A stretch of 64,000 nucleotides of DNA, from assembly GCA_000004695.1 (NCBI GenBank), contig CM000153.2, positions 3,552,001 to 3,616,000 on the forward strand, written 5' to 3'. The position numbers and the translations under genes were made by a program. Positions 22,725 through 41,583 of this stretch are shown here, in pieces; within the stretch, counting starts at the first letter, position 1; each line of letters starts with the position of its first letter. Origin of the DNA: Dictyostelium discoideum (Eukaryota). The notes beneath the pieces were generated by a model. That model did no database searches, was not told where the DNA came from, and saw only the letters and a program-made list of their open reading frames with translations.

Positions 22725-22954
22725 TCTGTTTTAAATATTACACTGTGCAATGTTTTGTAATTATTTTTTTAACATTTTTAATTAACTTTGAAAAAAAAAA
22801 AAATAAAAAATAAAAAATGAAAAAAAAAAAATGAGAAAAAAAAAAAAAAAAAAAAATGAAAAAAAAGGAGGGAAATTTGCTAAGTTACTTTTTTTTTATA
22901 TTTTTATTTTTGTTAATTTAATAAGAAATGATTTTTTTTTTTTTTTTTTTGTAA

Positions 22955-22962
22955 TCCCACAA
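22955..22962 (+). promoter_or_regulatory. DUSE-like box (tCCCACAA) about 77 nt upstream of the candidate Class I RNA.
   Basis: gtaaTCCCACAAaacaa matches the Dictyostelium upstream sequence element consensus [A/T]CCCA[C/T]AA recalled from the ncRNA literature. Confidence 0.4.
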
Positions 22963-23038
22963 AACAATTTTAATTAAAAGAAAGTTAATTTAAAATTTTT
23001 TTTATTGATATATTAAAATGTGATAAATCACAATAAAA

Positions 23039-23091
23039 GTTGACCTCACAGCAATTAACTAGTTTTAAAGAAACCCCCTTGTCAACTGTAC
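23039..23091 (+). ncRNA. Candidate Class I non-coding RNA, about 50 nt.
   Basis: GTTGAC-CTCACAGCAA-ttaactagttttaaagaaaccccctt-GTCAAC-tgtac followed by a T15 run. The 5' GTTGAC and 3' GTCAAC are perfectly complementary, forming a terminal stem. Immediately 3' of the 5' stem arm, CCTCACAGCAA differs at one position from the conserved Class I 11-nt motif CCTTACAGCAA. The length lies within the 42-65 nt range. The locus is intergenic and GC-elevated. Confidence 0.45.
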
Positions 23092-23374
23092 TTTTTTTTT
23101 TTTTTTTTAATAAATAAAATTAAGAATCCTGGAAATCCAAAAAAAAAAAAAAAAAGAAAAAAAAATAATAATAATAAGCAAAAAAAACAAATAAAATAAT
23201 ATTTTTAAATTTAATTATAAATTTTATTAAAATGTTTGATTTTTAAGGTTGTAAATTTATAAACCCATTGGTGTAATTTGATAATCAAATTGTTTTTTTT
23301 TGATGATCAAACAAAACTATATCTAAAAGTACTTGGTAAATTATTAATTTGTTAATTGTTTGATGGTATTTTGT

Positions 23375-23629
23375 TTAAGAGATGGTTTTTTGTTCTTCAG
23401 TGGGTTGTTCATGTTTTGAAATTATATGAGTGTTTAATCTTTGTTTTGATGATAAAATTTTTCCACAATCTAAACAATTAAAGCCAGTTTCCACCTGTTT
23501 TGAATGTTCTAAACCACATGCTTCTTTACAAAGAATATGTTTTGTATTTAAATGTTTATCCAAATCTCTATTATTTTTACACCTTTTTCTGCAACTTGTA
23601 TGTCCACAAATATATTCTTTTTTTACCAT
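23375..23629 (-). CDS. Small C2H2-type zinc-finger protein, 84 aa, single exon.
   Basis: MVKKEYICGHTSCRKRCKNNRDLDKHLNTKHILCKEACGLEHSKQVETGFNCLDCGKILSSKQRLNTHIISKH contains two C-x2-4-C...H-x3-5-H units. Confidence 0.45.
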   Translation of the reverse strand: MVKKEYICGHTSCRKRCKNNRDLDKHLNTKHILCKEACGLEHSKQVETGFNCLDCGKILSSKQRLNTHIISKHEQPTEEQKTIS

Positions 23630-23824
23630 TTTATTAATAAAATAAATTAATAATATATTGAGGGGTTAAATCTGAAAAAAAAAAATTTGAAAAATTAGTT
23701 CAACACTTTCCACCCCCAAAAAAACTAAATTTTCTTTATTCCCTTTTAAAAAAAATATATGTTTTTCGAAATTGTTTATTTTTGATAATCAAAAATTTAA
23801 AATAAAATCTAAAAAAAACCATTT

Positions 23825-23859
<35 letters not shown>

Positions 23860-24200
23860 AGGTATTAAAAAAAAAAAAAAAAAAATATTTGATTTAATTT
23901 TTTTTTTTTTTTTTTTTTTTATACAATTTTATTTATTTAAATAATATAGATTTAGTATAGATATATATAGAACCTAAAAATTCACAATTTTGGATTTATT
24001 TTTATGATAAAAATCAATTCTTTTTTTTTTTTTTTTTTTTTTGATAAATCTTTAAATAAACTATCATTTTTTTTAAGATTTTGTGTTGAGATATTTTTTT
24101 TTTGAAAATTTTGAGTTGCTTTTTCTATTTTTTTTATTATAATTTAAATAAAAAAAAATAAAAAAAAATTAGATATTTAATAATTTTTTTGTTTAACAAA

Positions 24201-24243
<43 letters not shown>

Positions 24244-24295
24244 GGTAAAAAATGTCGTTGATATTTTTTTTTTTTTTTTTTTTTTTAAAAAAAAA

Positions 24296-25069
24296 ATGAT
24301 TAAAATATCTTTTACGTTAATACCATTATTTTTATTGTTATTACTATTTTTAAATGATTGTATTGGTTTATATATTTATATGAAACCATTTACAAATAAT
24401 AAATGTAGTGGTGAATCAGAAGGAATTGGATATATTTTTAATCAAAATGAAGATTCATGTATTATTTTATCAAACTCTACAAACCCAATAAATTCTAGTT
24501 TAGAAATCAATGTATTTGGAGAGATTGGATCATTTCAAATTTTTAATTCTTTAAATTGTAAAATCGATTCAAATGATCCAAAACCAATTTCATTTGCATT
24601 TAAAAATAATCAATGTGTTAATTTACCAACAATGTTTAATTATAATTTTAATTCAACAACAACAATAACAACAGAATCACCAATGAATTCATTTAATACT
24701 GATAATGTTAATCAATATTTTCAAATGAACTTAATTTCGTCTCTGAATGAAATTAATCAAATAATTGATCAAGTATATGGTGTAAAGAAATTTCAATATC
24801 AATTATCAAATCAATGTTCAAATTCAAACTTTCAATTAATTCAATTTTTTACAAATAATTTTAATATAACTACTGAAATTAATAATAATAATAATAATAG
24901 TAATAATACTACAATAACCTCAAGCATATTTTGTAATTCCCAAAAAGAACCAACTATTCAGCAATGTCGAAATGGTGCTGACAACCAATGTATATTTGAA
25001 TCTTTATTTTTGCCTTGTTCTGAAATAATTGAAAATGATATTAGTTACAATTTAGTACAAACTTGTTAA
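24296..25069 (+). CDS. Secreted Cys-containing Asn/Thr-rich protein of about 257 aa, with weak resemblance to the 1333-2032 product.
   Basis: The ORF-track entry 24242..25069 begins in a translated poly-T tract. The plausible start is the M of MIKISFTLIPLFLLLLLFLNDCIG (signal peptide). Its motif NNKCSGESEGIGYIFNQNEDSCIIL resembles NNDQCGGEPYNIITKNICSSKGC of the 1333 gene. Confidence 0.45.
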   Translation: MIKISFTLIPLFLLLLLFLNDCIGLYIYMKPFTNNKCSGESEGIGYIFNQNEDSCIILSNSTNPINSSLEINVFGEIGSFQIFNSLNCKIDSNDPKPISFAFKNNQCVNLPTMFNYNFNSTTTITTESPMNSFNTDNVNQYFQMNLISSLNEINQIIDQVYGVKKFQYQLSNQCSNSNFQLIQFFTNNFNITTEINNNNNNSNNTTITSSIFCNSQKEPTIQQCRNGADNQCIFESLFLPCSEIIENDISYNLVQTC

Positions 25070-25439
25070 AAAAAAATTAAAAATAAAAAATTAAATCTTC
25101 ATTTTTCCCTTTTTTAATTTTATTTTTAAAATCCCCACTTTTTTTTTTTTTTTTTTTTTGGAAAAAGATTAAAAGTCAAAAAAAAAAAAAGGAAACAATG
25201 TGTCCAAATAAAAAAATAAATTAATAAAAAATAAAATAAAAATAAAAAAATAAAAATTTGAAAAATAAAAATAAAAATAAAAAAGTTAAAAAAAAAAAAA
25301 AAAAAAAAAAAAATCAAAAAAAAAAAAAAAAAAAATCTAAGCCACCAGTCTACATAAAAAAAAAAAAAAGAAAAGAATAAAGTAATAAAAATAAAAAGTA
25401 ATAAAAGATAGGTTTATATAAATATATGGTTCTATAGAA

Positions 25440-29748
<4,309 letters not shown>

Positions 29749-30120
29749 AAATCTTAGAAAAAAAAAAAATAAAAAAAAATAAACAAAAATATTTAAAATT
29801 AAAAAATAAAAAAAAGTGATCACTTTTTTTTATTTTACTTTATTTTTATTTTTTTTTAGATTTTTTTTTTTTTTTCAATTTTTTTTTTTTTTTTTTTTTT
29901 TTTATTGATAAAGTAAGCGAGTAAAAAAAAAGAAAAAACGAAAATTTTTTCAATTTTTTTTAATTTTTTTTATTTTTTTTTTATTTTTTATTTTTTTTTT
30001 TTTTTGGAAACGAAAAAAAAACTTTTTTTTCTTATTTTTTTTTATTTTTTTTTTTTTTTTTTCATACAAATTATTTATATCATTATTTGTTTCAAATAAA
30101 TTTTAAAAGGAAAAAAAGAA

Positions 30121-31854
30121 ATGGCAACACATATTTTATTCGAAACAGCAACTGGTTTCAATATTTTCCAATTATCTGGTATGGAATCAATTGCAGAATT
30201 TACCGATCAAGTTCAAAAATCAATGCAAGATTTCAGTAAATTCAGTAAAGTTTGTAAAATGGTTGGTTCACTTCCATTTACATCAGCAGAAAATGCCTTA
30301 GAAAATATCAATTCAATCTCTGAAGGTATTTTAACTGAAAGTCTTCATGACTTTTTAAAACAAACTTTCTCAAAGAAAACTGAAGGTGTTGTTTTAGGTG
30401 TTTGTGATAATAAATTATCCGCATCAATTGGTGATGAATTAAAAATTTCATGTTTATCAAATTCACATACTTCTGTAAGTTTTTATTATTAAAAATAAAA
30501 TATTAAATATATTAAATTTAAAAAAAAAAAAATAATTAACATAAAGTATTATTATTATTATTATTATTATTATATAATTTAATAGGAAATTATTAGATGT
30601 ATTAGAAATCATATTTCTGAATTTACAAAATTAAAATCAGCAGATTTATTGAAAGCACAATTAGGTCTTGGTCATAGTTATTCAAGATCCAAAGTAAAGT
30701 TTAATGTACACAAAGTTGATAATATGATTATTCAATCAATTTGTTTATTGGAACAATTGGATAAAGATTTAAATACCTTTTTCATGAGATTAAGAGAATG
30801 GTACTCATGGCATTTCCCAGAATTATTAAAGATTATTGAGAGTCAAGTACACTTTGCAAAATTAGCAAAATTAATTCAAAATAAAAAGAATCTCACAGAG
30901 GAATCATTGGATGAAATTAAAGAGATCCTCGAAGACAATGAATCATTGGCAAAGGATGTCCTCAGTGCTGCCAAAGCATCAATGGGTGGTGATATCAGTC
31001 AAATCGATTTAGTTACCGTCATGCATTTTGCTGATCGTGTCATCTCCTTGGATGAATATCGTACCAATCTCACTCAATACTTGGCAAAGAAGATGCAAGA
31101 TATCGCTCCAAATCTTAGTGCACTCGTTGGTGATCGTATCGGTGCTAAATTGATCTCACGTGCTGGTTCTCTCACTTCTTTGGCTAAATACCCAGCTTCA
31201 ACCGTTCAAATTCTTGGTGCTGAGAAAGCTCTCTTCCGTGCCATGAAAGTTCGTGGTAAAACTCCAAAATATGGTATCATTTTCAATGCCTCTGCCGTCT
31301 CTTCTGAAACTAAAAACAAAGGTAGAATCGCTCGTTGTCTCTCCAATAAAATTTCAATTGCCACTCGTATCGATTGTTTCTCTGATAATCCAACCGCTAA
31401 ATTCGGTGTTGCCCTCAAACAACAAGTTGCCGATAGAATTAAATTTTTCAATAATGGTGTCGCTCCAAAGAGAAATTTAGATGTCATGAAAGAAGTTATC
31501 GAGGAAGTTGAAAAAGATTTCGCTGAGGAAGAAGTCAAACCAGTCGTTAAAGAATCATCAAGCAAAAAGAGAAAAGAATCTGAACCAACCGAAGAGAAAT
31601 CCTCAAAGAAATCAAAGAAAGAAGAAAAATCCTCAAAGAAATCAAAATCTGATGATGTTGAAATGAAAGAAGAGCCAGTCAAAGAAGAAAAGAAATCATC
31701 AAAGAAATCTTCATCAAAGAAAGAAGAAGAACCAGTTAAAGAAGAAAAGAAATCATCATCAAAGAAAGAAGATAAAAAAGAAAAGAAAGAATCAAAGAAA
31801 GATGAAAAAGAAGAAAAAAAATCTTCAAAAAAAGATAAAAAAGAAAAGAAATAA
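30121..31854 (+). CDS. nop56: Nucleolar protein Nop56, the box C/D snoRNP core protein. Exons 30121-30474 and 30586-31854 with a gtaagt...aatag intron.
   Basis: MATHILFETATGFNIFQL...SLPFTSAENALENINSISEGILTESLHDFL...VVLGVCDNKLSASIGDEL then, after the intron, [58 protein letters not shown]...YPASTVQILGAEKALFRAMKVRGKTPKYGIIFNASAV...KNKGRIARCLSNKISIATRIDCF. This is near-identical in pattern to human NOP56 ([60 protein letters not shown]). The lysine-rich KKE/D tail is typical. Confidence 0.92.
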
Positions 31855-31934
31855 AATAAATCAAATCATTAGTAATAATAATAATAATTCTCTTTGTCTT
31901 AACTCCTTCCATCCTATTTCCTTTTTTTGTTACA

Positions 31935-31973
<39 letters not shown>

Positions 31974-32331
31974 AAAGAAAATATAAAAAAAAAAAAAATA
32001 AAAAATAATATTAAAAAAAAATAAGTTGTACATGTGTTTTTCTTTTTATTTATTTAAACTTTGATTGCTTAATCAAAGATATAATTTTCCAAAAAAAAAA
32101 AAAAAATCCAATTTTTTATTTAATTTTATTCCTTTAATTTTTATTTATTATTTGTTTTACTATTTTTTTTTTTTTTTTGATCCCAATATTTGATATTTTT
32201 TTTTTTTTATTATTATATTCCAAGTTATTTATTTTTTTGTTTAATGTACAGTAAACTTAAGTCACATATTATCGATAATATCACACCATAAAAAAAAAAA
32301 AAAAAAAAAAAAAAACTAATATTGATTTTCC

Positions 32332-33281
<950 letters not shown>

Positions 33282-33314
33282 TATTATTTATTTTATATAT
33301 ATATATTATTATAA

Positions 33315-33352
<38 letters not shown>

Positions 33353-34012
33353 CTTTCTTCTTTATTTAAATTATACTTGATTATTTAATTTTAGTATTTA
33401 ATGATTATTAACGAAACCAACTTGTTTTTTTTTTTTTTTTGACGTTTTATATATTTATTTTTAGTATATGTGGTGTGTGAGTGTGTTTATGAAATTAATT
33501 TATATTTTTTTTTTTTTTGAAGAAATTTTAATTAAATTTTTTTATTTTTTTTTTATTTTTTTCTGAATTTTTTTATTTTTTATTTTTTTGAATTTAATTC
33601 TTTTAATTTATTGAAACATATGAAAATACAGGATATTTATATTTCCCTTTCCCAAAAAAGATTGAAATAAACAAATAAATAAAAACAACTAAGCAATTTT
33701 TTTTTTTTTAAAATAATATAAAAAATAAAAAATAAAAAATATTAAAAAAGTTTTTTAATTATTTTTATTTTTTAATTTTTTTTTTTTTTTTTTTTTTTTG
33801 TATAATTAAATCCAAAAAAAACTAAATAAAATTAGATTTACCATTATAAATTTTTATTTTTTATTTTTTTTTATTTTTTTTTATTTTTTTATTTTTTTTT
33901 AGACACAAGCCAAAATAACCTGAGTTTTAATATATTTTTTTTTTTTTTTTTTTTTTTTTTGATCAACTTTTTGTACAACCTATTTATACGCTTCTTCTCC
34001 CATTATTATATT

Positions 34013-36128
<2,116 letters not shown>

Positions 36129-36412
36129 TTTATGCTGTTCTATATATAAGGGATGATTTGGAATCTAAAGAAAAAAAAAAAAAAAATGAAAAAATTTAAT
36201 TTTTTAAAAAAAAAAAAAAAAAATTTCGCAAAAACTTAAAAAATTTAAAAAAAAAAAAAATGAACTTTTAAAACAAATAATTAAACTTTTTTTTTCTCAC
36301 TTATTTATTATTATTATTTTTTTTATTATTAATTTTTTTCTCACTTATTTATTATTATTATTTTTTTTTTTTTGGTTTTTGTTAAAAAAAAATGGGAAAT
36401 TTCCTATATTTT

Positions 36413-36455
<43 letters not shown>

Positions 36456-38064
36456 TCGATAATTTCTTATACTTGGTCTTTAATTGAATGTCAACTTATC
36501 AATTGTTGAATTAATTTTTTTTTATTTTTTTTTTATTTTTTTAATTTTTTTTATCATATCTTTTAATTATTAAATATTGTAAAATTATTAGAAAATGTCT
36601 AAACAAAAAAAAAAAAAATCTACCATCTTATTTTTACAATTTTAAAAATGAGGCAATTTTTTAAAATAATAATTTATTTTATCTATAATAACCTTTGATT
36701 TTTTGGTTTTGAACATTTTTTGTTATTTTTTTTATTTATTTTATTATATGATATATTATTTTTATTTCATTTATTTTTTTTAATTTATATAGCTTTTACC
36801 TAAAAACTTATTGAGCCTAAATAATTATTAAAGATAAAAAAAAATATTTATACAAAATATTTCATACTAAATTTTTTTTTTAATTTAATAATTTTAATTT
36901 TCTAATTTTTTTTATTTTTTTAAATTTTAATAATCCACATAAAGAATAGTTTTTATAAAAATAAAAATAAAATAAATAAATTAATTAAAAAAAACTTTCC
37001 AAACAACAAAAAAATCAGAGGCTTATTTATTTAGTAAATAAATAAATCAATTTAAAAATATTATAATAAAAAAAATTCTTATTTTTTTTTTTTTTTTTTT
37101 TTATATTTTTATTTTTATTTTTATTTTTGTTTTAGTTTTTTATTTTTAATAGATCTCTTGTAATAGATATAATGATTGTTATTTATTAATAAATATGCTT
37201 ATGATTAAAAATAATATAAAAATAGAAAAATAAAAAATAACTTCATTTACACTTTTATCTTTGCATTATTCCGTGTTAATTTTTTTTTATTTTTAGTTTG
37301 TTTTTTTTTATTTTTATTTTGATTCTTTTGGAACCGAATTATTCAAATTTAAAAATAAAAAAAAAAAAAAAAAAAAATAATAAAAAAAATCTTTTTCTCC
37401 TTTACGAAAATAATATCCAATTTTTGATATTTTTTGGTCGAAAAGGCACGAAATAAAAAATAACAAAAAAATTAAATTTTTCACTATCTTTTTTTAAAAA
37501 TAACCAGCTGGTTATGAGGATAGATTCAATGCGTTGTTTTGTAAAATATCAGTCCATTGAGGTTTTTTTTTTTTTTTTTCTTTATGCAATAAGTTTTTTT
37601 TTTTACTTTTTATTTTTCAAATAATACAAAAATAACAGTTTGCTGATTTTGAGGAATTTTTCCACCTTAACCATTTTGTTTGTGAATTAATTTTTATTTT
37701 TTATTTTTTTATTTTTTTTTTTTGTTGATGGTATTAAAATCAAAAACATAATTTTTTTTTTTCTTTTATTTTTTATTTTTTATATTTTTATTTAAAATTT
37801 TATTTTATTTTTAAAAAAATTCTTTTTATAGTTTTTTGTCTAACACACCCATTAACTAATCAACTTTTTTTTTTTATTTTTTTTAGCCTTATTTTTCTTT
37901 CCTTCTTTTTTTTTTTTTTTTTTTTTTTTTTTCACTGTAAATAACTTGTAAATAATATTGTATAAAATAATTAATTTAAAATAAAATAAAAAAAAAAAAA
38001 AAATAAAATAAAATAAAATTAAAAAAAAAGAAAATAAAATTAAAAAAAAAAGAAAGAAAGAGAA

Positions 38065-39549
38065 ATGGGTTATTCTTATGTTAAATATGATTCATTTACA
38101 ACATCTAACCCAGTAAATAAAGCGGTATTGGGATTATCTATTATAAGATTATTTATATTTTTTGTAATTTTCATATTAAATTTAAATCAAACGATTAAAG
38201 AAATTTTAATAGCAAAGAGAAAAAAAAAATTTATTTATAATGCACGTTTATTAACATATATTTCAATTACAATTTATCCATTTAGTAAGTAAATGAATAA
38301 TAATAATCTCAAAATTATTTTTATTATTAATATTTTTATTTTTTATAAAAAAATAATTAATAACATTGTTTTTATCAAATTAAAATTTTTTTAGCAAGAC
38401 TTGGAATGATTGGTGCATTTTTTTATGATAAGAACATTGATAACGGATCAATTACTGTGGCTATTAGTATTTGGGGAACTCTATTTCAGTACACAGAATG
38501 GGTAGGTTTTAAAGTTTTTTATTTTTATTTTTTTATTTTTTTTTAAAAAATAATATTAATTAACAAAAAAAATAAAATTAAATAATAATAATAAAATTAA
38601 TAAAAATAGGTTTTTATTGCTGGTTATTGGCTTAGTTTATTATATACCTTTTTTTTAAGTAAGGACATGGTGTTAGTAAATACAAAAAAAGCATGGCTAG
38701 TTTCTTATGGTATATTTGTAATTTTAGTTTTTTGGACAATTATTCAAACAGTTTTTAATTTTTATTATGTAGATTATATGGTAAATAATTTATTTTAAAA
38801 TTAATAATAATAATTATAGTTTTTTTTTTTTTTTTTTTTTTTTTTTCTTCTAACCATAATTTGTTTTTGTTTAAAAAAAAAAAAAAAAAAAAAAGAATGC
38901 AACATATGGTCCAGGTCAAATTGTTATTGTTTGTGGAATTGGTGGATTTTATTTTATAAATGGTGTTCTATTATTTAAATCAATGAAAAAATATGATCAA
39001 TCAGGAAATACTCAATTAGGAGAAAGATATAATAGAATTGTTAAAATGGTAGTTATATTATTAATTTTAGTAGTTAGCGTATTTTTAGTATACATAGTAC
39101 AATTTCCGATATTAGGATCAGAAGACCATCAAACATCAAATTATGCATTTTATTTAGTAAGTTGTTTATTAGAATTTATGCAATTACCAGTGGTTATGTA
39201 CTCTTTAGGTGGAGATTCTTTTAAACCTTATTTTAAATTCTTTAAATATGATGAAACTCTTAGCTCTAAAGGATATACAACAAGCGGTGGTGGTGCAGGT
39301 GGTGCAGGTTCTTCAGCTAATAAAAGTTGTGGTGAAATATCATTGGATGTCAATGATTCGTCGATGGTATCTAGAAATACAGAAACTACAATGACAGCAT
39401 CCACATTTAATAACACCTCAGCCTATTCACTAACATCTTCAAACATTACAAATAATACATCAACTTCAACATTTAATAATATTTCATCATCAACATTAAA
39501 CTCTTCAGCTGTTAATTTATCATTGTCCACAGAGTTAAATAAATATTAA
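38065..39549 (+). CDS. Seven-transmembrane (GPCR-like) membrane protein with a Ser/Thr/Asn-rich C-terminal tail, paralog 1. Exons about 38065-38285, 38395-38481, 38619-38779 and 38896-39549.
   Basis: MGYSYVKYDSFTTSNPVNKAVLGLSIIRLFIFFVIFILNLNQTIKEILIAKRKKKFIYNARLLTYISITIYPF|(T)RLGMIGAFFYDKNIDNGSITVAISIWGTLFQYTEW|VFIAGYWLSLLYTFFLSKDMVLVNTKKAWLVSYGIFVILVFWTIIQTVFNFYYVDYM|NATYGPGQIVIVCGIGGFYFINGVLLF...YAFYLVSCLLEFMQLPVVMYSLGGDSFKPYF... Seven hydrophobic helices. Donors are gtaagt, gtaggt and gtaaat; acceptors are tttag, aatag and aaag. Confidence 0.6.
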
Positions 39550-39604
39550 AAAAAAAAAAAAAGGGATAACAAATTTAAATTAAAAATAGATTTATTTTAA
39601 TATT

Positions 39605-40490
39605 TTAAACAGAATTTTCACTAGAATCTAAATTTGAACAACTAATATTTGGAGATTCACTGACATTACTAACATTTGATGAAGAAATATTTGAGATCAC
39701 ACTTGAATCTATTGATTTTTGAGTTTGAATGTTTTTTAATTTAATATTGTTATTATTATCATGTGCATCAGAGCTATAGTTACTATCAACAGTTGATGAA
39801 GATACACCACTATAATATTCACTCTTTGGATCTTCTGGTAATTTTTGATTATATAAAATTATATATCTTTTAAATGAATCACCACCCAATGAATACATTA
39901 CAATTGGTAATTGAGTAAATTCAATAAGTGAAGCTATTAAATAAAAAATATAATTTCCAGTTTCTTTTCCATTCCATTTTAAAATTAGTACTTGAACAAC
40001 AAACATAAATAATGCACCAAAAACTAATAATAAAAGTGCAAAAGATAAAAAAATAATTCTTTTATAACCTTTTTGAAAACTTTTAACTTTTCCTTTCTTT
40101 TTCATTTCTCTAATTAATAAAACACCATTAACAAAATAAAAAATACCAATACTAACAATTAAAATAACTTGTCCAACACCATATGTTCTATCCTAAATTT
40201 TTAAAATTTTTTAAATATTGTTTAAAATTTTTTAGTATAGATAATTATTTTTTTTTATTTTTTATGGTACAAAAAACTTACCATTAGTGGGAGATTGTAA
40301 AAATTAAAAACTGTTTGAACAATTGTCCAAATAATTAAAATAATTACAATTGACCAAGATGCAATCCAAACAATTTTAGTATTAGTTTTTACATAATCTT
40401 TGGTTAAAAAGAAAGTATATAAAAGACTCATCCAATAACAAGCAATAAAAACCTATATTTAATTTAAAAATAAAAAATAAATTTTATTAG

Positions 40491-40533
<43 letters not shown>

Positions 40534-40680
40534 CTTACCCATTCAAAATATTGAAACATAGTTGCCCAGATACTCATAACTGCCATAACTGAACCTCTAT
40601 AAATACTTTTATCATATCCCAAAAATTCACCAATCATTGCAGTTTTGACTAATTATTAAAAATTAAAAAAGAGTTTAATT

Positions 40681-40716
<36 letters not shown>

Positions 40717-40945
40717 CATACGTACTTAATGGGTAAATAGTAATACAGATATAAGTAACCAAACGTGCATTTGTAAAATAAACATTTCTTTTTCTTGCTG
40801 CAATGAATTCTCTAATTGATTGATTTAAGTTTAATAAAAAAAATAAAAAGAATATCAACATTCTAATAATGGACAAACCAAGGATTGCCTTATTAACAGG
40901 ATCAGACGTAGTAAATTCGTCCAAAACTTCATTCTTAAACACCAT
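39605..40945 (-). CDS. Seven-transmembrane (GPCR-like) membrane protein, paralog 2. Minus-strand exons about 40945-40726, 40658-40559, 40452-40282 and 40199-39605.
   Basis: MVFKNEVLDEFTTSDPVNKAILGLSIIRMLIFFLFFLLNLNQSIREFIAARKRNVYFTNARLVTYICITIYPL|(I)KTAMIGEFLGYDKSIYRGSVMAVMSIWATMFQYFEW|VFIACYWMSLLYTFFLTKDYVKTNTKIVWIASWSIVIILIIWTIVQTVFNFYNLPLM|DRTYGVGQVILIVSIGIFYFVNGVLLIREMKKKGKVK...YIFYLIASLIEFTQLPIVMYSLGGDSFKRYI... It has the same intron positions as paralog 1. Confidence 0.6.
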
Positions 40946-41583
40946 TCCTTTATTTTTACAAATTAAAAAATTTTAGAAATTTATCTCTTTTTTTCTATTT
41001 CTCTTTACTTTTTAGTGAGGTAGTTTTTGAAAATAAGTAAGACTGGAAGAATTTTTTTTGATACCCAACAAAATATAAAAAGACTTAAGGATTAAAAAAT
41101 TTATTCTAATAACCATTGTCATTGAAAGCCATATATTAATAAATTTTCAATTAAAAAAAAATGTGGAAATCTAAGATGGTTTGCTGAATAAAAAATTATG
41201 GCTTGTGGTTGGCCAATTTTTTTTTTTTTTTTATTTTTTTAATAATATCTCGGACGAATTTTGTTTTTTTTTTTTAGGACTAAATGTTAAATTAAAAAAT
41301 TGCACCAAAATGCATTCAAAAATAGATTTCGTTGTTCTTTTTTTTCTTTGGAAACTAAATTATTAGTATTAAAAAGAAAAAAAAAATAAAAAATTAATAG
41401 AAAGTCAACTTTTGCAATAACAAATCCAATTTATTTAATAATTTTTTTTTTTTTTTAAAACTTTCGCAGTTTGGTGAATGATATTTTTTATGAAAAAAAA
41501 AAAAATTATCTGCAAAGACATTGATTGTTTTTTTTTATATATTTTTTTTTTTTTTTTTCTTAACAAATATATTATTATTTTTA

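Noticed and set aside
24242-24295. N-terminal extension MVKNVVDIFFFFFFFKKK of ORF 24242..25069
   Set aside because: It reads through a T17 tract. The downstream Met followed by a canonical signal peptide is the more plausible start.
30475-30492. C-terminal VSFYY* of ORF 30121..30492
   Set aside because: Read-through into the nop56 intron; gtaagt at 30475 is the donor.
31206-31682. 158-aa minus-strand ORF inside nop56, and the 75-aa plus-strand alternative-frame ORF at 31253
   Set aside because: Antisense or off-frame readings of a highly conserved Nop56 exon.
37500-37680. Slightly GC-elevated strings (ccagctggttatgaggatagattcaatgcg... and acagtttgctgattttgagg) in the 1.9-kb spacer upstream of 7-TM paralog 1
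   Set aside because: No stem plus motif architecture and no DUSE-like box. The elevation is too weak to call an RNA gene.
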